NCBI GenBank assembly: GCA_001599295.1
Contig: BCGN01000002.1
Coordinates: 1,364,001 to 1,428,000, forward strand
Length of the DNA: 64,000 bases
Origin: Sporopachydermia quercuum
Lineage: Eukaryota
Direction of reading: 5' to 3'
Position numbers and translations under genes: made by a program. Shown here one piece after another: positions 35,079 through 46,970 of the stretch (positions are counted from its first letter, which is position 1; every line of letters starts with the position of its first letter). The notes under the pieces were generated by a model that was not told where the DNA came from, did not search any database, and saw only the letters and a program-made list of their open reading frames with translations.

Positions 35079-35780
35079 ATGGTTAGAAAACCTTCACCCA
35101 GGAAAGTCATAAAGCCTAAGGCGGAGGACACGAAAAGAAAAAAGCAATTAGAAGCAATTGTTAGCGATCCAGAGCCTCCTAAAGCAAAAAGTCCACCAAA
35201 GTTTGAGAAGAACCTTAATGATCATAATAGAAGGTATTGGCTAATCAAATCAGAACCGGAATCAAGAATTCAGGATGGAAATGATGTTAAGTTTTCTCTA
35301 CTAGATTTGAAAGAAGTGGATGAAGAACCATGGACTGGTGTTCGTAATTATGAAGCACGAAACAATATGCTAAATATGTCTAAAGGTGATAGATGCCTAT
35401 TTTATCATTCTAATTGTAAAATACCAGGAATAGTAGGTGTAGCTGATGTCACAACCGAGAAATGTATTCCTGATCCTTTACAATTTGATACTAAGTCTCA
35501 CTACTATGATAGCAAATCAGACTGGTCTAACCCCAGATGGTGGTGTGTTAAAGTAAAATACTGTCATCGATTGAAAAGGAAAATCCCACTAAAGGAAATT
35601 CAAGCAGATACTAGTGGAAAACTGAATGAATTTGCTTTAATTAAAAGAGGAAGATTGAGCGTGATACCTTTGAGTACTGACGAGTATAATAGAGTAATGG
35701 AAATACAAGAGAAAGGACCAGTTGTTGATGACATAGACTGTGAGATAAACTACGAGGATCAAACCCTCAAAGCTAGCTAA
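35079..35780 (+). CDS. EVE-domain protein (THYN1-like)
   Basis: YWLIKSEP, FSLLDL, WTGVRNYEARNNM, GDRCLFYHSNCKIPGIVG, YYDSKS..NPRWWCV, RGRLSV. Confidence 0.9.
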   Translation: MVRKPSPRKVIKPKAEDTKRKKQLEAIVSDPEPPKAKSPPKFEKNLNDHNRRYWLIKSEPESRIQDGNDVKFSLLDLKEVDEEPWTGVRNYEARNNMLNMSKGDRCLFYHSNCKIPGIVGVADVTTEKCIPDPLQFDTKSHYYDSKSDWSNPRWWCVKVKYCHRLKRKIPLKEIQADTSGKLNEFALIKRGRLSVIPLSTDEYNRVMEIQEKGPVVDDIDCEINYEDQTLKAS

Positions 35781-36382
35781 CTAACTAACTAAGCTACTAC
35801 TCATACATTTATAGATATTACCAAATATTTTCGTACAACCTAACTGTAGATCCATCTTTTTTATATTCATTTTTTATTGTTGGATGGCTTCATTAAGCAA
35901 AAACTACGTTATCGCTTCGCTTGAAAATGCAACTAGACGCGTAGTTATGCATTCTTTCTGAAATAACTCACTATCATCGGGCACCGATTCTTCGCTATCC
36001 CTAGTTATTGTCCGGATAACTTCTGAATACGTTTGAAACCTTGATCTCAGAAATTTTGGATTACCATGTCATAAAGGAAACAGAGGGAAAGTTTTAGAAA
36101 GAAAACATAAAGGAGAAACTGTTGATTCCATATGAATTATCAAAAAAGTTGAAGATTATTCGTTGAAAGTTCTTACTGTGGAATACTGTTGAAGGTGAAA
36201 AGTACTCGTGGAATTTATTTTGTAAAACTGGATAAGCTATCAAAAGTTGAACAGTAGTATTGGGTTTTTGGTTTGACTTGACAAGTTCACAATATAGATA
36301 ATACAAGCCAGGTAATCAAATACTTGATTTACTGTTTAGATCAGAACAATACTAACAGGAAACACCAATTGAACTATCAACG

Positions 36383-37279
36383 ATGACGGAGATGAGTGTA
36401 GAAATGAATGAAGAGATTTCAGCCCTTTCTACTAAATTGCTGGAAGCAGTGGAAAAACAAACACGGATAGAAGAAAAGCTATTTCAGACCACACGAGAAT
36501 TAGAGTATTTCAGGCGGAAATGTGATGATTTGGAAACCAAATTGAAGGAGAATTATGTTCCAAAAGACATTTTTCTAGCCAATGAAGCAAAGAAGAAAGA
36601 CGCTGAAGAAGAAGTATCAAAACTGAGGGTTGAAGTTGAAGACCTAACAAGTACTTTGTTTGATGAGGCTAATAACATGGTAGCAACTGCAAATAGAGAG
36701 AAATATCGTATTGAAAAGAAAAACGAATACCTTGGTTTTCTTCTTAAGGAGAAGGATATTTTACTTGATAGTTTACAACAACAGTTGGTAGGATTGAAGG
36801 ATGTGATTCAAAAGATGGAAGATGATACTAAACTTAGTGAAATAAAACCTGTAATAATGGAAACTACAATGTGGAACAATGCCGCTATAGAAGCCCAAAA
36901 AACTAAAACCGAGAACTTTACAGAAAATATGGGTGCATCTAAGGAAAAGGANATAATAAACTCTACAACGGAGACTGAACAGGCTGTGGGAACTNCAGCT
37001 GGTGAACGAACAGAAACACAGACGGAGACGAAGTCTGACGTTGAGATAGAAGAAACCAATAGCAGTTTTGAACACCAAATAGAGGAACCTGAATCATCAA
37101 ACTCAGCAATTGAAGATACAGAACACTATAATGAAGCCAAAACTGCTGATGATTCCTCAAATAGAAGTATAAATGATAGTCATAGTCGCGAATCGGAAGA
37201 TAATGAACAGTTCCAAGAGTGTGAAGATAATACAGAGGTTGAATCAACTAATGAAGCTTCAAACTCACAAGAATCCTAA
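36383..37279 (+). CDS. Short Sec2-domain (Rab GEF coiled-coil) protein
   Basis: LSTKLLEAVEKQ..EVEDLTSTLFDEANNMVATAN..LQQQLVGLKDVI matches the Sec2 N-terminal GEF region; followed only by an acidic low-complexity tail. Confidence 0.8.
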   Translation: MTEMSVEMNEEISALSTKLLEAVEKQTRIEEKLFQTTRELEYFRRKCDDLETKLKENYVPKDIFLANEAKKKDAEEEVSKLRVEVEDLTSTLFDEANNMVATANREKYRIEKKNEYLGFLLKEKDILLDSLQQQLVGLKDVIQKMEDDTKLSEIKPVIMETTMWNNAAIEAQKTKTENFTENMGASKEKXIINSTTETEQAVGTXAGERTETQTETKSDVEIEETNSSFEHQIEEPESSNSAIEDTEHYNEAKTADDSSNRSINDSHSRESEDNEQFQECEDNTEVESTNEASNSQES

Positions 37280-37460
37280 TACAGACCTTACTATCCCCTA
37301 ATATCTACCGTATTTCTAGAAATAGTTCAACACCGTTTATAGCTATGTATATTATAACTCATAAAAAGCATTGTTTTGATATGAGAAAGAAAATAGATGT
37401 ACTGTAACAAATTAAGGAAGATATGCAATCAACATTTAGTATTTGACTCTCTTAGTAATT

Positions 37461-37534
37461 GGTCTCTTGGCCCAGTTGGTTAAGGCACCGTGCTAATAAC
37501 GCGGGGATCAGCGGTTCGATCCCGCTAGAGACCA
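37461..37534 (+). tRNA. tRNA-Ile (AAT)
   Basis: GGTCTCT/AGAGACC acceptor stem, TGGCCCAGTTGG A box, CT-AAT-AA anticodon loop, GGTTCGATCC B box, T-run terminator. Confidence 0.98.
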
Positions 37535-38087
37535 TTTTTTCTTTTTGGTAATCTTTAATCCTAGATTACACGTATATCACTTTGATTGATCTTCCTTCGA
37601 ATTTGTTTTATTTCAATATGAAAATAAAATCTTTATACAGAATGCTCGCTTTCAAGAATATTTTGATGTCTTTATGGCCTATAGTGGGGCAACACAGTGC
37701 TAATGATATTAATTATTGGGATAATGAATGAAACAAATCTGATTTCAACAAAAATGATGATGTATGAAAACTCTATCTGGAATTGGATTACCTGACATCT
37801 CATCATAATTGGAACTTATGTTTTGATTGGAAGCATGTGTCTCTCTCCCATTGTTTAAATGAACATTTTTGTTGTCTATGGGAATACGTTCTATCAACAA
37901 TNAAACCTATTAACGTACTACAACACTTCTAAAAGCCAGTATCTACTTGACTGCTTTGAAAGCTTGGCTGGTGGAAAGCGTTGGGATCTTTTAGTTTGTC
38001 AATGTGCACTTAGTATTTCTGATGAAATCAAACCAAGCTCAGAGTCCCTCTGAATGACAACAATGTATATATGAGCAATAATCGATT

Positions 38088-38402
38088 ATGACTTCTGAAG
38101 TTTTTGAATCTCATATTATAATTTCTATTGGAAGCTATTTTCCCTCTAGTGAAGTGTTTGAGACTTTGAAGCAATATGTTAAAACATTGGCGGTAAGTAT
38201 GATTTGGCACGCTGGTATCCCTATATTAGTCACTAGATCTCTAACGATCAGCTTTCAGATAGTAGTAGGATTAATGCTCAGTGGGCCCATTTTGCTTCTG
38301 ATTCTCTATGATTTTCTTCTTTATGTACTTAGGGTAATCGTGTCCACATTTTCCTATTTATTCAACGGAAAGAACGAAGCGAAAAGAGAGAAAACAAGTT
38401 AG
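38088..38402 (+). CDS. Small membrane protein, IRC23/BSC2-like; probable exons 38088-38192, 38259-38402
   Basis: Intron signals GTAAGT (38193)..CTCTAAC..CAG (38258); PILLLILYDFLLYVLR resembles the P.....DLFLY..R motif of Irc23/Bsc2; sits immediately upstream of TOM6. Confidence 0.65.
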   Translation: MTSEVFESHIIISIGSYFPSSEVFETLKQYVKTLAVSMIWHAGIPILVTRSLTISFQIVVGLMLSGPILLLILYDFLLYVLRVIVSTFSYLFNGKNEAKREKTS

Positions 38403-39333
38403 CAACATATCCCGAATGAACCTATAACAGACAGAAGAAACACGAATTGCAAACATATTATCTTTTAGATTAGTTTACAGAATATAAAGCAACTATTAAT
38501 CTTACTTCAATACACTGAAAAAAAGAACTTAAATAAGGCTGGTTAATATTGAATATCATTATATATGAGCCGTTTATACATACTATGGACCAATCAAATC
38601 TCAAATGGAACGTGCACCAACTGTGAAGCTACTTTAGCAATAATCTATATCCTAATCTCTATTATACATTTTTTGAACTCTTTATTTTATTATGCGGTAA
38701 CATAATTTATTCAAAACCAATTCACCAATTTTAAACTCTCTTAATAACAAAACTTTCATAAATTCTTATCAACTACCTACATACATTTTCCGATTTACTT
38801 TAGTGGTCTAATCCTAACTCATATCTTGTTTATGACAGGACTACTTCAAGCTAGTATGAAATTTCTCTAATAATTCCCATAGAAAAGAGACATCCGCTTC
38901 CTCTAATTAATCAGCTTCATTATAGGTGGGTTAAATTGCGTTGATAAGTAACTCATCTCCTCTTGCCCATCTTTATACCTTATCTGATCTACGATTTCAG
39001 ACAGATGACTTCGGAAAGAGACCTGAAGGTAATAACACCCAAACNTCTACTACCTCTCTTCCTCGCACATCAAACTGGTACCAATACAATGTCTCAATGA
39101 GAGGACAGTCGGCTATTTTCCGTAGGGACAATGAGGACAATATTTCTTGAAATAAAGGCAATATGAAAAGTTTTAAAGCAAACTGACACAGAATGACTGT
39201 TTAAATGATCTTTTGTTACTTGAAATATAATAAAATAGAACATAAACAGCAATTCGTTAGAAGTAAAGGATAGGTTATATTTTGGTTCAGAAGAATTCAA
39301 TTTCCAACTTAGTAAATCAGAAAATAATTAAAG

Positions 39334-39689
39334 ATGTCAGCCCCTAGAATAGTCATGAACGAAGGCGAGGAAGGAGAGCCAGAAGGATTCTTAGCAAACA
39401 TCAAGGCCAGCCCTATCTTTCCAGTTGCTGTTCATCTCAGCTTATTTGCCGTAAGTACTTTAAAAAATGTCGAAGTTGCGGATTTCCAAGGTTGATAAGA
39501 GAAATATTTTATGTACATAGTTACTAACTAGTGTGTAAAGGTTGGTGTTGCTTTCTTACAAAGCTCTATTGTCGAGTACCTTGTTCCTCAGTAAGTTTCC
39601 AGTTGCCTTTTTATTGTTATCAGATTAGAAATTAAGTGTCGGAAAATCAAGTTTCATATGAGTGACTAACGAGGTTGTTCAGATTCTAA
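39334..39689 (+). CDS. TOM6: Mitochondrial import receptor small subunit Tom6; exons 39334-39450, 39541-39590, 39683-39689
   Basis: Spliced product MSAPRIVMNEGEEGEPEGFLANIKASPIFPVAVHLSLFAVGVAFLQSSIVEYLVPQF*; two GTAAGT introns with TACTAAC and GACTAAC; absent from the ORF track. Confidence 0.9.
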
Positions 39690-40254
39690 AGAACTTACCA
39701 AGAGGCAAAAAATGGATTGTTACCTTGCAAAATTATAGCTACAGAGAATGATTTCGCAAGTGTTATTGTATATAGATGCTGTTATGAAAGAAAGAAGTTT
39801 TTGGAAATAATGAGTTTACATGATTAATACGTCCAATTGAATTGCTATCAGGAGTTTGGTAAATTGTAACATATAAGAAGGCCGAAGGCTCATTGATAGC
39901 CTTTTGCAACAATGCTATAAACCAGGAATCTCATTTGTCTTTTCGGTTGACTCAAGCACATACCAAATAATGCAGGTGCTATTTAGTATCAATTACTGTT
40001 CTACTGAAATAAACATTTAGAGATAGATAGAGAAACAATCGCTATTGAAATAAATGACTTTCGAATCAACCTTTCCCCTTCATACATCATTTGAGCTCAA
40101 GAATATAAAGAAATCGAATTGATTATACAAAATAATTATTAAGAGAAGAATACATATGCCAGTTGGTCTGCTATTTTTGAGCTTTTCAGCTCACGCAGAC
40201 GTAACTTGCAGGTAATGCTAATCCAAACGGAGTTGATCCTTAGAGGCAACTCGT

Positions 40255-40829
40255 TTAACCCTTTAAGACCTGTATTGTAGAAAATGGTTAGTGACTTTTC
40301 TTAAGAAACCTCAAAACCAGAGAATGGGCCAGTATGAATCCTTATCAAGACAAAGGTTTAAAACAAACTCAACGTAGCAAAAGTGCTAATTCCTCCTCCC
40401 CACACACAAGTGGGGAAACCACTTGTAACTATCCATCCAATTCAAACATAATTCAACATACAATGTAGAGAGCATGGATCATACCAGGGAACCAAGCAAA
40501 CACGCATAAAACACAGTTGATGATAACATCAGAACCACATCCTCTTTCTAAGAAGACAGCCAGGGGAGGCAAAATTAAGGCTAANATTTGACGCAATGTT
40601 AGGAACTGACAAAATGACCATCTAACCAACCATGACTGGTGTTCCAAAACGGTTTCCTTCGACCAACTTTATGAGCGACACTATGCCATCAACTGTTCTG
40701 AAAAATCTTCAATTCATCTACAGTTTCAATATACTGTGAATCAATTGTGTCGCACAAACGTTGAATCAAACAACCTGTCTTCATTGAATACATACCAAGA
40801 ATAATCTTGAGAATAGTATTGACATCCAT
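40255..40829 (-). CDS. PMP3: Pmp3/RCI2 plasma-membrane proteolipid; exons 40829-40796, 40580-40462, 40269-40255
   Basis: Spliced MDVNTILKIILALILPPLAVFLERGCGSDVIINCVLCVFAWFPGMIHALYIVLKG*; two GTATGT introns. Confidence 0.92.
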
Positions 40830-42225
40830 GTTGAAATTTATNNAACTCCTGAAATTCTTTTTCAATAGATATCAACTAGTAGTGTATTAGAAACAATGAA
40901 TCTATAAATGAATCCAATTTTCTTATTTATCAACAATAATTTCGCTTTAATAAAGTAAATGTTTACTATAAAAATTACAATTTAACCACTTGAATTATCA
41001 GGTATAGAAACAAACGAACCAGCAAAGAACCCTTTAAAATTGAGTGCGAGATTAACTTATCTTTATATTCTTTTTTGTTTTTCTCTTACTCTCTTTACGT
41101 ACTGTTTATTATATTATTTGGCCCAATTTGTTTATGGCACACTTTATACTGTTTACGGATGTACCTGGATACTCCATACTTAGGGGACTATACTGTAGTT
41201 GCCGTAACTGTAATTGGGCTGGTAATGCTGTCATATTGTTTTTCTAAGTACTGTAATAATGAAGAGCAAGGCAAATGAAGACGATATAATATATTTAATT
41301 TGAGCACAAATCTGAATGTTAGTTAATCCAGACGAAGTGAGTCAATAGAGACAATAAGTTTCAATCAAAAAAGTATAGTAGATAGAAGACAGGAGCAGGG
41401 ACTCTCAGCTAAAATTCCACATGATCATAGAGTTCCGTACTAAGAAGTATTCTTCTGTCAAACAAAAAAAAAGAGTGTCATGAATGTGAAGTAAATTAAA
41501 GGAATAGTCAAAGGGGATAATGTGGCCGTAATATTATTAATAATAATACTTTTATAAAGCAGTATTATTACTATGACTTGAATGAATATGATAGTTTGAT
41601 GAGATTAACATATTCTATAGCTCTTTGCTTGAGGATTCTCTGATAGAAATACTTCAATGGATTGACAATCGCCTTCCTTCNCAAGTTCAAAAATTTTAGG
41701 CAAGAAAACGCAGTAGTATAATAGGAAGTTAGTAAATCCACTCGTTTATTTATAAGGTAGTATAATTTGGTGGCATACATATTATTAAGTAGATTGAAAA
41801 GTGAGGGATAATTGAATAATGCAATTGAGTACTATCAAATTCTCTCCACCATATAGTAGTTTATTTTCAACAGGTAATTTGTTGATGAACTTAACTGAAT
41901 TAACTTATTCAATAATCGATGAGCCAACTAGGAAATAACTAACGGTCATACATCATGCATGCCTTGTACGTAAAAAATGTAGAAGGGAAGAGAGATAACT
42001 CGAATTTTATGTCATATTATTTAAATTCAAGAAGAAAATAAAAGTGAGGAATATCTATATTCTAGTATATATTCTTCTCGGAGAATTACTTCAACCTCCC
42101 CCGTCTTATCAACGAAGATCTACTGCAATCGGGAGGAAAAGAGGAGCAGGAAAAAACATGGGGTACGAGCTAAATACCAGCTTCTTCGATACCTGGAGTA
42201 TTTTTATGAGAATAATTAATGAGTG

Positions 42226-42291
42226 ATAAGTTGTGAAAAACCACGAGAATGCCATTATATAAGTTGTGAAAAACTACGAGAATGCCATTAT
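42226..42291. repeat. 33-bp tandem duplication, 2 copies, 1 mismatch
   Basis: ATAAGTTGTGAAAAAC(C/T)ACGAGAATGCCATTAT twice. Confidence 0.9.
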
Positions 42292-42922
42292 AATGATTAT
42301 GAGATTTTTGAACTGAACTGATCTGATCCAATCTACCCAGTGTAGTTGTTTAAGAATACTAAAGTGAGAAATTGTAGGTTGGTCATAGTGACGTCAATCA
42401 CCATCGTAGATTAAGAACTACTGTTATTATATCAAACATNTATTTTCCAAGGTGGCATCACAGTAATGGTCCTGAATGGTATTATCAACGGGCCATGAAT
42501 ATATATAGTTATTGGGATTTGACGACAGATTGCAGTATGATCATTAGTCGATGGCAAGCGGTTTCATAAAATGTGTTATCTAGTTGAAAGTAAACCCGCA
42601 AAATTTGGTTGTTATTCCAATTTCAACTAGTGATATTTCATTAGGAAACCTTCTTACAACAAGAAGAGTAAAGCAATAATATATTAATATATAAGTAATA
42701 AATAAGAATGCGAAAACTTCTCGTATCCTTTGAACTGAATGTTATTATCTTGCATTGAGATTCTACTAGTCCTACAGTGCTTGAACAATGTGATTCAATT
42801 GAGCTCTGAAGCTAAAATATTCGTTTTTCTATCAATGATCAACTTTTCAAATGAAAAAAGCTGGCAAAATTCTGGAAATTCGAATGTTCTAGTTAATGGA
42901 TTGAATTATACACATATACACA

Positions 42923-44756
42923 TTATATCTTTCCTTTACGAACATCTTCAATAATTTCAGCAACTTCTTCCCAATCGTCAGTTGGAACTTTGGTGATTTT
43001 GACATTACCATCACCAAAGTAACTCATAATTTCCATGAGTTGTTCATATGATCTTTTATCATGAACAAAAGATACAGCAACACCTAATCTTCCAAATCTA
43101 CCAGTTCTACCAATTCTATGTAGGTAAGTAGATGGATCAGGTCTACCAGACTTATCAAGAGGTAAATCATAGTTAACAACTAAAGTCACACTTGGAATAT
43201 CAATACCTCTGGATAAAACATTTGTTGAAATTAAGACCTTCGATTTTCCTTCTCTGAATTCGTCAATCAACCTATCTCTAGAGGCGACATCTAAATCACC
43301 ATGTAAAAGNGAAACATTGTGACCCTCCCCCACTAATCTTTTATAGATTTTGTTTGCAGTATCCTTTCTCTGGACAAATACAATAGACGATCCAACAGTC
43401 ATAATTTCGTATAGTTTACATAGAGCATCATATTTCTTATCTTCATTTTCACAATCCATGTATATCTGTTTAATCGCCGCAACATTCAATTCTTCATGTT
43501 TTAACGAAATACTGTTGGCATCAGGAACAAACTTATCGGCGTATTGTCGTACTTTATCGGGGAAAGTTGCGCTGAATAAAACTAATTGACANTCTTTTGG
43601 CAACATCTTTTTGATTCTTAAACACTGATCACCAAGACCTTGTAAATCTAACATATTATCAGCTTCATCCAGAACAAACACCTTCAAGTACTTCAAATTA
43701 ATAACCTTCTTTCTGACAAAATCAAGTACTGTACCCGGAGTACCGATTAAAATTTGATCAGTAACTTTACTTCCTTTGGATAAAGATTCTTTAATAGCCA
43801 ATCTGCTCTTGATTTTAGTATACTGACCCATCTGTTCTAAAACCTCTAAAGTTTGTCTAGCTAATTCACGAGAAGGGAGTAAACAAAGTGCTTGAACCTC
43901 GTTTAGATTAGGATCCACCTTACTCAACATATTCAAAACAAAGGCGGCAGTTTTACCTGTACCTGATTGTGACTGGCCAATGAAGTTTCTAGGACTTTTT
44001 AAGAGTAAAGGCAGCGCTTTCTCTTGAATTTTTGATGGTTTTGAAAATCTCATTTTAGCTAATCCCTCAAGGAGTTCTTCTGATAAACCTAATTCTTCGA
44101 ATCGTTTAATAGAGTATAAAGGAGAGTTAGGATCAGCCTGCATGTCGGCCAACTTAACCATAACTTCATAATTACTAGCAACCAAATTCGTTTCTGGCTT
44201 TTTAGCTATGGCCTCTTTTAACTCATCATCAGCTTTTGGTACTTCATTTGCAGCCTCCTCATTTTCTGTCTTATTCTGTTCTTCCTTTCCACCTATTTCA
44301 GCGGCTCTCGAGCCACCAACGGCGAACCCACTGAAACCACTATTTTCAAGCTTTGCTGGTTGCTTGCTATCAGTATGATCATCAACATCTTCCCACTCGT
44401 CCTCAGCTCCAGCTCCAGCTTTGGCCGCCTCTTCATCTTCTTCATCGGCAAGATCTGCCCATGATTTGCCCTTATCACTAGTTTCTGTAGATGCAAAATC
44501 TAATGATTTGGATAGATCATCAAGCTTGAATGTCTTAGTTTCCTCTTGGTTTTCTATAATGCATATCACGTTAATATGAGAGTATCCAGATGTTTTTGAC
44601 TCTGAGTCCTTGAATTGNAAGGCAACAACAACAAAAATAGTCAGCATAGATGGCTCTTATTGCGAAGTCTCATGCTTGAAAAATAATGAGCGACANACTA
44701 TTTTACTTTTCTGACTTCTCAACCATATAGTCATCACATCCCAACTTACCTGTCAT
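42923..44756 (-). CDS. DBP5: DEAD-box mRNA export helicase; exon 1 44756-44750 (ATGACAG), exon 2 from 44553
   Basis: [58 protein letters not shown]; intron 44749-44554 (GTAAGT..TATTAAC..TAG). Confidence 0.94.
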
Positions 44757-45310
44757 CTTGAATATTTCAATCAGATCAGTTTATGTATTATCTTTATACT
44801 ATTTAAAAATGATTGACACATAAGCACGGTTTATATTTATATAGATGCCAAAGAACTTTTTGAAGGAATCTCTCAGATTTGTTAAATGTATGCTACTCCA
44901 TGGTGAAAGAGACATCTTCAAATTTTTAAGGTGAAAGGATCGCAAGGTGTGGACTTTACATCTCTTCATAGGTTTATTGTTATGTTACTCAATACAGAAT
45001 TGAAGGATACGCGCATAAGCCAAGTAGTATTTGAAGAGGAGAATATGCATTCGCATGAGAACAATATACCTGGAAGCAGATTATTTCAATTTATGTTCTA
45101 CTTCAAATAGAAGCTTGAGGGTCTAAGTTGTGGTNTTTGGTTTACTTAATGTTACTATCAGCGTCATCTGACTATACGTTTTACATAAAGACCCTAGATC
45201 ATTAAATCCTTATAAACCATACAAATATCTCTTAACCCTGATCAAAGTGAATTCTAGCAAACAACGAAAGATAGAATACTATTTTACTGAAAATTCACTC
45301 TGTCTCCATT

Positions 45311-45619
45311 TCAATAGTTTCTAGCTTCTTTTGTTCCTCTTCTGATATTTTGTACGTTGCCATAAATCTGGTTTTGTTAGAGGCCATACCAGAGGTTGTC
45401 TNATAGTAAGAGAATTTCGGATACTTACAGTGATGAATGATAAATTCCCAATCGTTTCATCGCATTTGCTTGAGCCACTGTAATTTCTATCAAATTATCT
45501 AGATCTGATATATTGGCTTGAAGCTGAGATAACTGAGAATGTAGATGAGATAATTGCCTAGATTTTATAGTCGATGATGCTGACAATGGCCCAGCCATTG
45601 TTGACCTTCGATAACTCAT
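45311..45619 (-). CDS. HSK3: DASH/Dam1 complex subunit Hsk3; intron 45428-45368
   Basis: KSRQLSHLHSQLSQLQANISDLDNLIEITVAQA..LGIYHSSL|FMA; GTAAGT..CTCTAAC..CAG; the start could be 45619 or 45598. Confidence 0.85.
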
Positions 45620-46077
45620 ACTTGATAACTGTCTTTTGTATACATATTTCCCTCCAAACACTAAAATTTAACGCAACTAATCCAATGAATAAATGCTTCT
45701 GTCAGTTGCCTAAGACAACTTTTATTTAATAAACAATCAATTATAATTGATGTGTATGATTGTGGCTGATCAAAATTGATATCCCGATATCCCCCCAGAT
45801 CATCGTGTCTCAATATAACAACCATACTGACATATACTAAGGGCAAGCAATGACTGCTGAAGAATTTGTCATTAATAACCTCAGCCTCCGGGTAATGGAA
45901 CCTTCTCATTGAGGGAAGGTGTACTGGGGAATAATGAAAAGTGGTTACTGAGATAAAATCATGATAATCTAGCAATAAAGATAGAAAGGGAGCAGGTAAC
46001 TTCTTCATTCTTTATGCATTTGGTAATATAGCAAGTTTAAGAAAGGAAAAGGGTCTCGACATTGATTATTCGAAGAA

Positions 46078-46564
46078 ATGTTTGGTCCTTTTCGAGCCTC
46101 ATCGACTGCTTTGGGTGGTCTCTTATGGTATGTGAAATATACACGATTTGGTCTTGATTCGACTCTGGGAGACCAGAGGAAGATAATAGATAATACTAAC
46201 TTATTGTCATAGGAAAGTGCCATGGAGAATGTCATCTACTCAAAAAGCAAGACAACGAAAGAGATTGAGACAAGTTGATAAGGTAATTGAACAAGTGGAA
46301 TTTGGATTGAAAGCTGTTGGTGAAAGATGCANTGAACTAGAGTTTTTGAAGAAAACCTTACCCAAGGAAAGCGAGATGTTACCAAAGGATAAATATACNG
46401 TTTTCAGTCCACATCACAGAAACTATAGAAAGGGTGCACATAGTAAGTTATAGAGCTTCAAGCAGAATCTTTATTTTTGTTTTTGTTCTTTCAATGCTAA
46501 CAGTTTTCCAGGAGTACCTAAATGGACCAAACTCACTCACAGGACCAATCCATTTGGTTTCTAG
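46078..46564 (+). CDS. MRPL31: Mitochondrial ribosomal protein mL60; exons 46078-46127, 46213-46442, 46512-46564
   Basis: [53 protein letters not shown]. Confidence 0.94.
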
Positions 46565-46970
46565 TTTTAGGATTTATCTTGTCATGTATATATATTTTCT
46601 TGAATGGTTTTTTACTATATATTGGGGGTAGAAATTGGCTTGCAATATCTCAATAAACAGTGACATTAATTTCAAACAATCAGTATAGAAAAAACTTAAA
46701 ATTAGTTTGCATCATCCTGTATTCACAACTAACTACTAAAAATACAAAATACCAACCCATAGATCATNCAATTACTGCACATAAGGGATTACATTAAAAG
46801 TCGTGAAGTTTGCATTCACATGTCAAGGTTATGGGTTTTATCCACCATTGTCAGTAGGGANACATAAGAAGTCTTCAGTTCATTTTTTACCAACCCTTTT
46901 TCATTTCTGTATCAAAAAAAGATCCAATCATAACAAGTTCCCGAAATTCAGGTTATTTCAGTCTCCCAAC

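Noticed and set aside
42226..42291. CRISPR-like repeat
   Set aside because: Two adjacent copies with no spacer, no cas genes, eukaryotic DNA
45661..46235. 115-aa and 76-aa minus-strand ORFs
   Set aside because: They cover the HSK3-MRPL31 divergent promoter or are antisense to MRPL31; no family features
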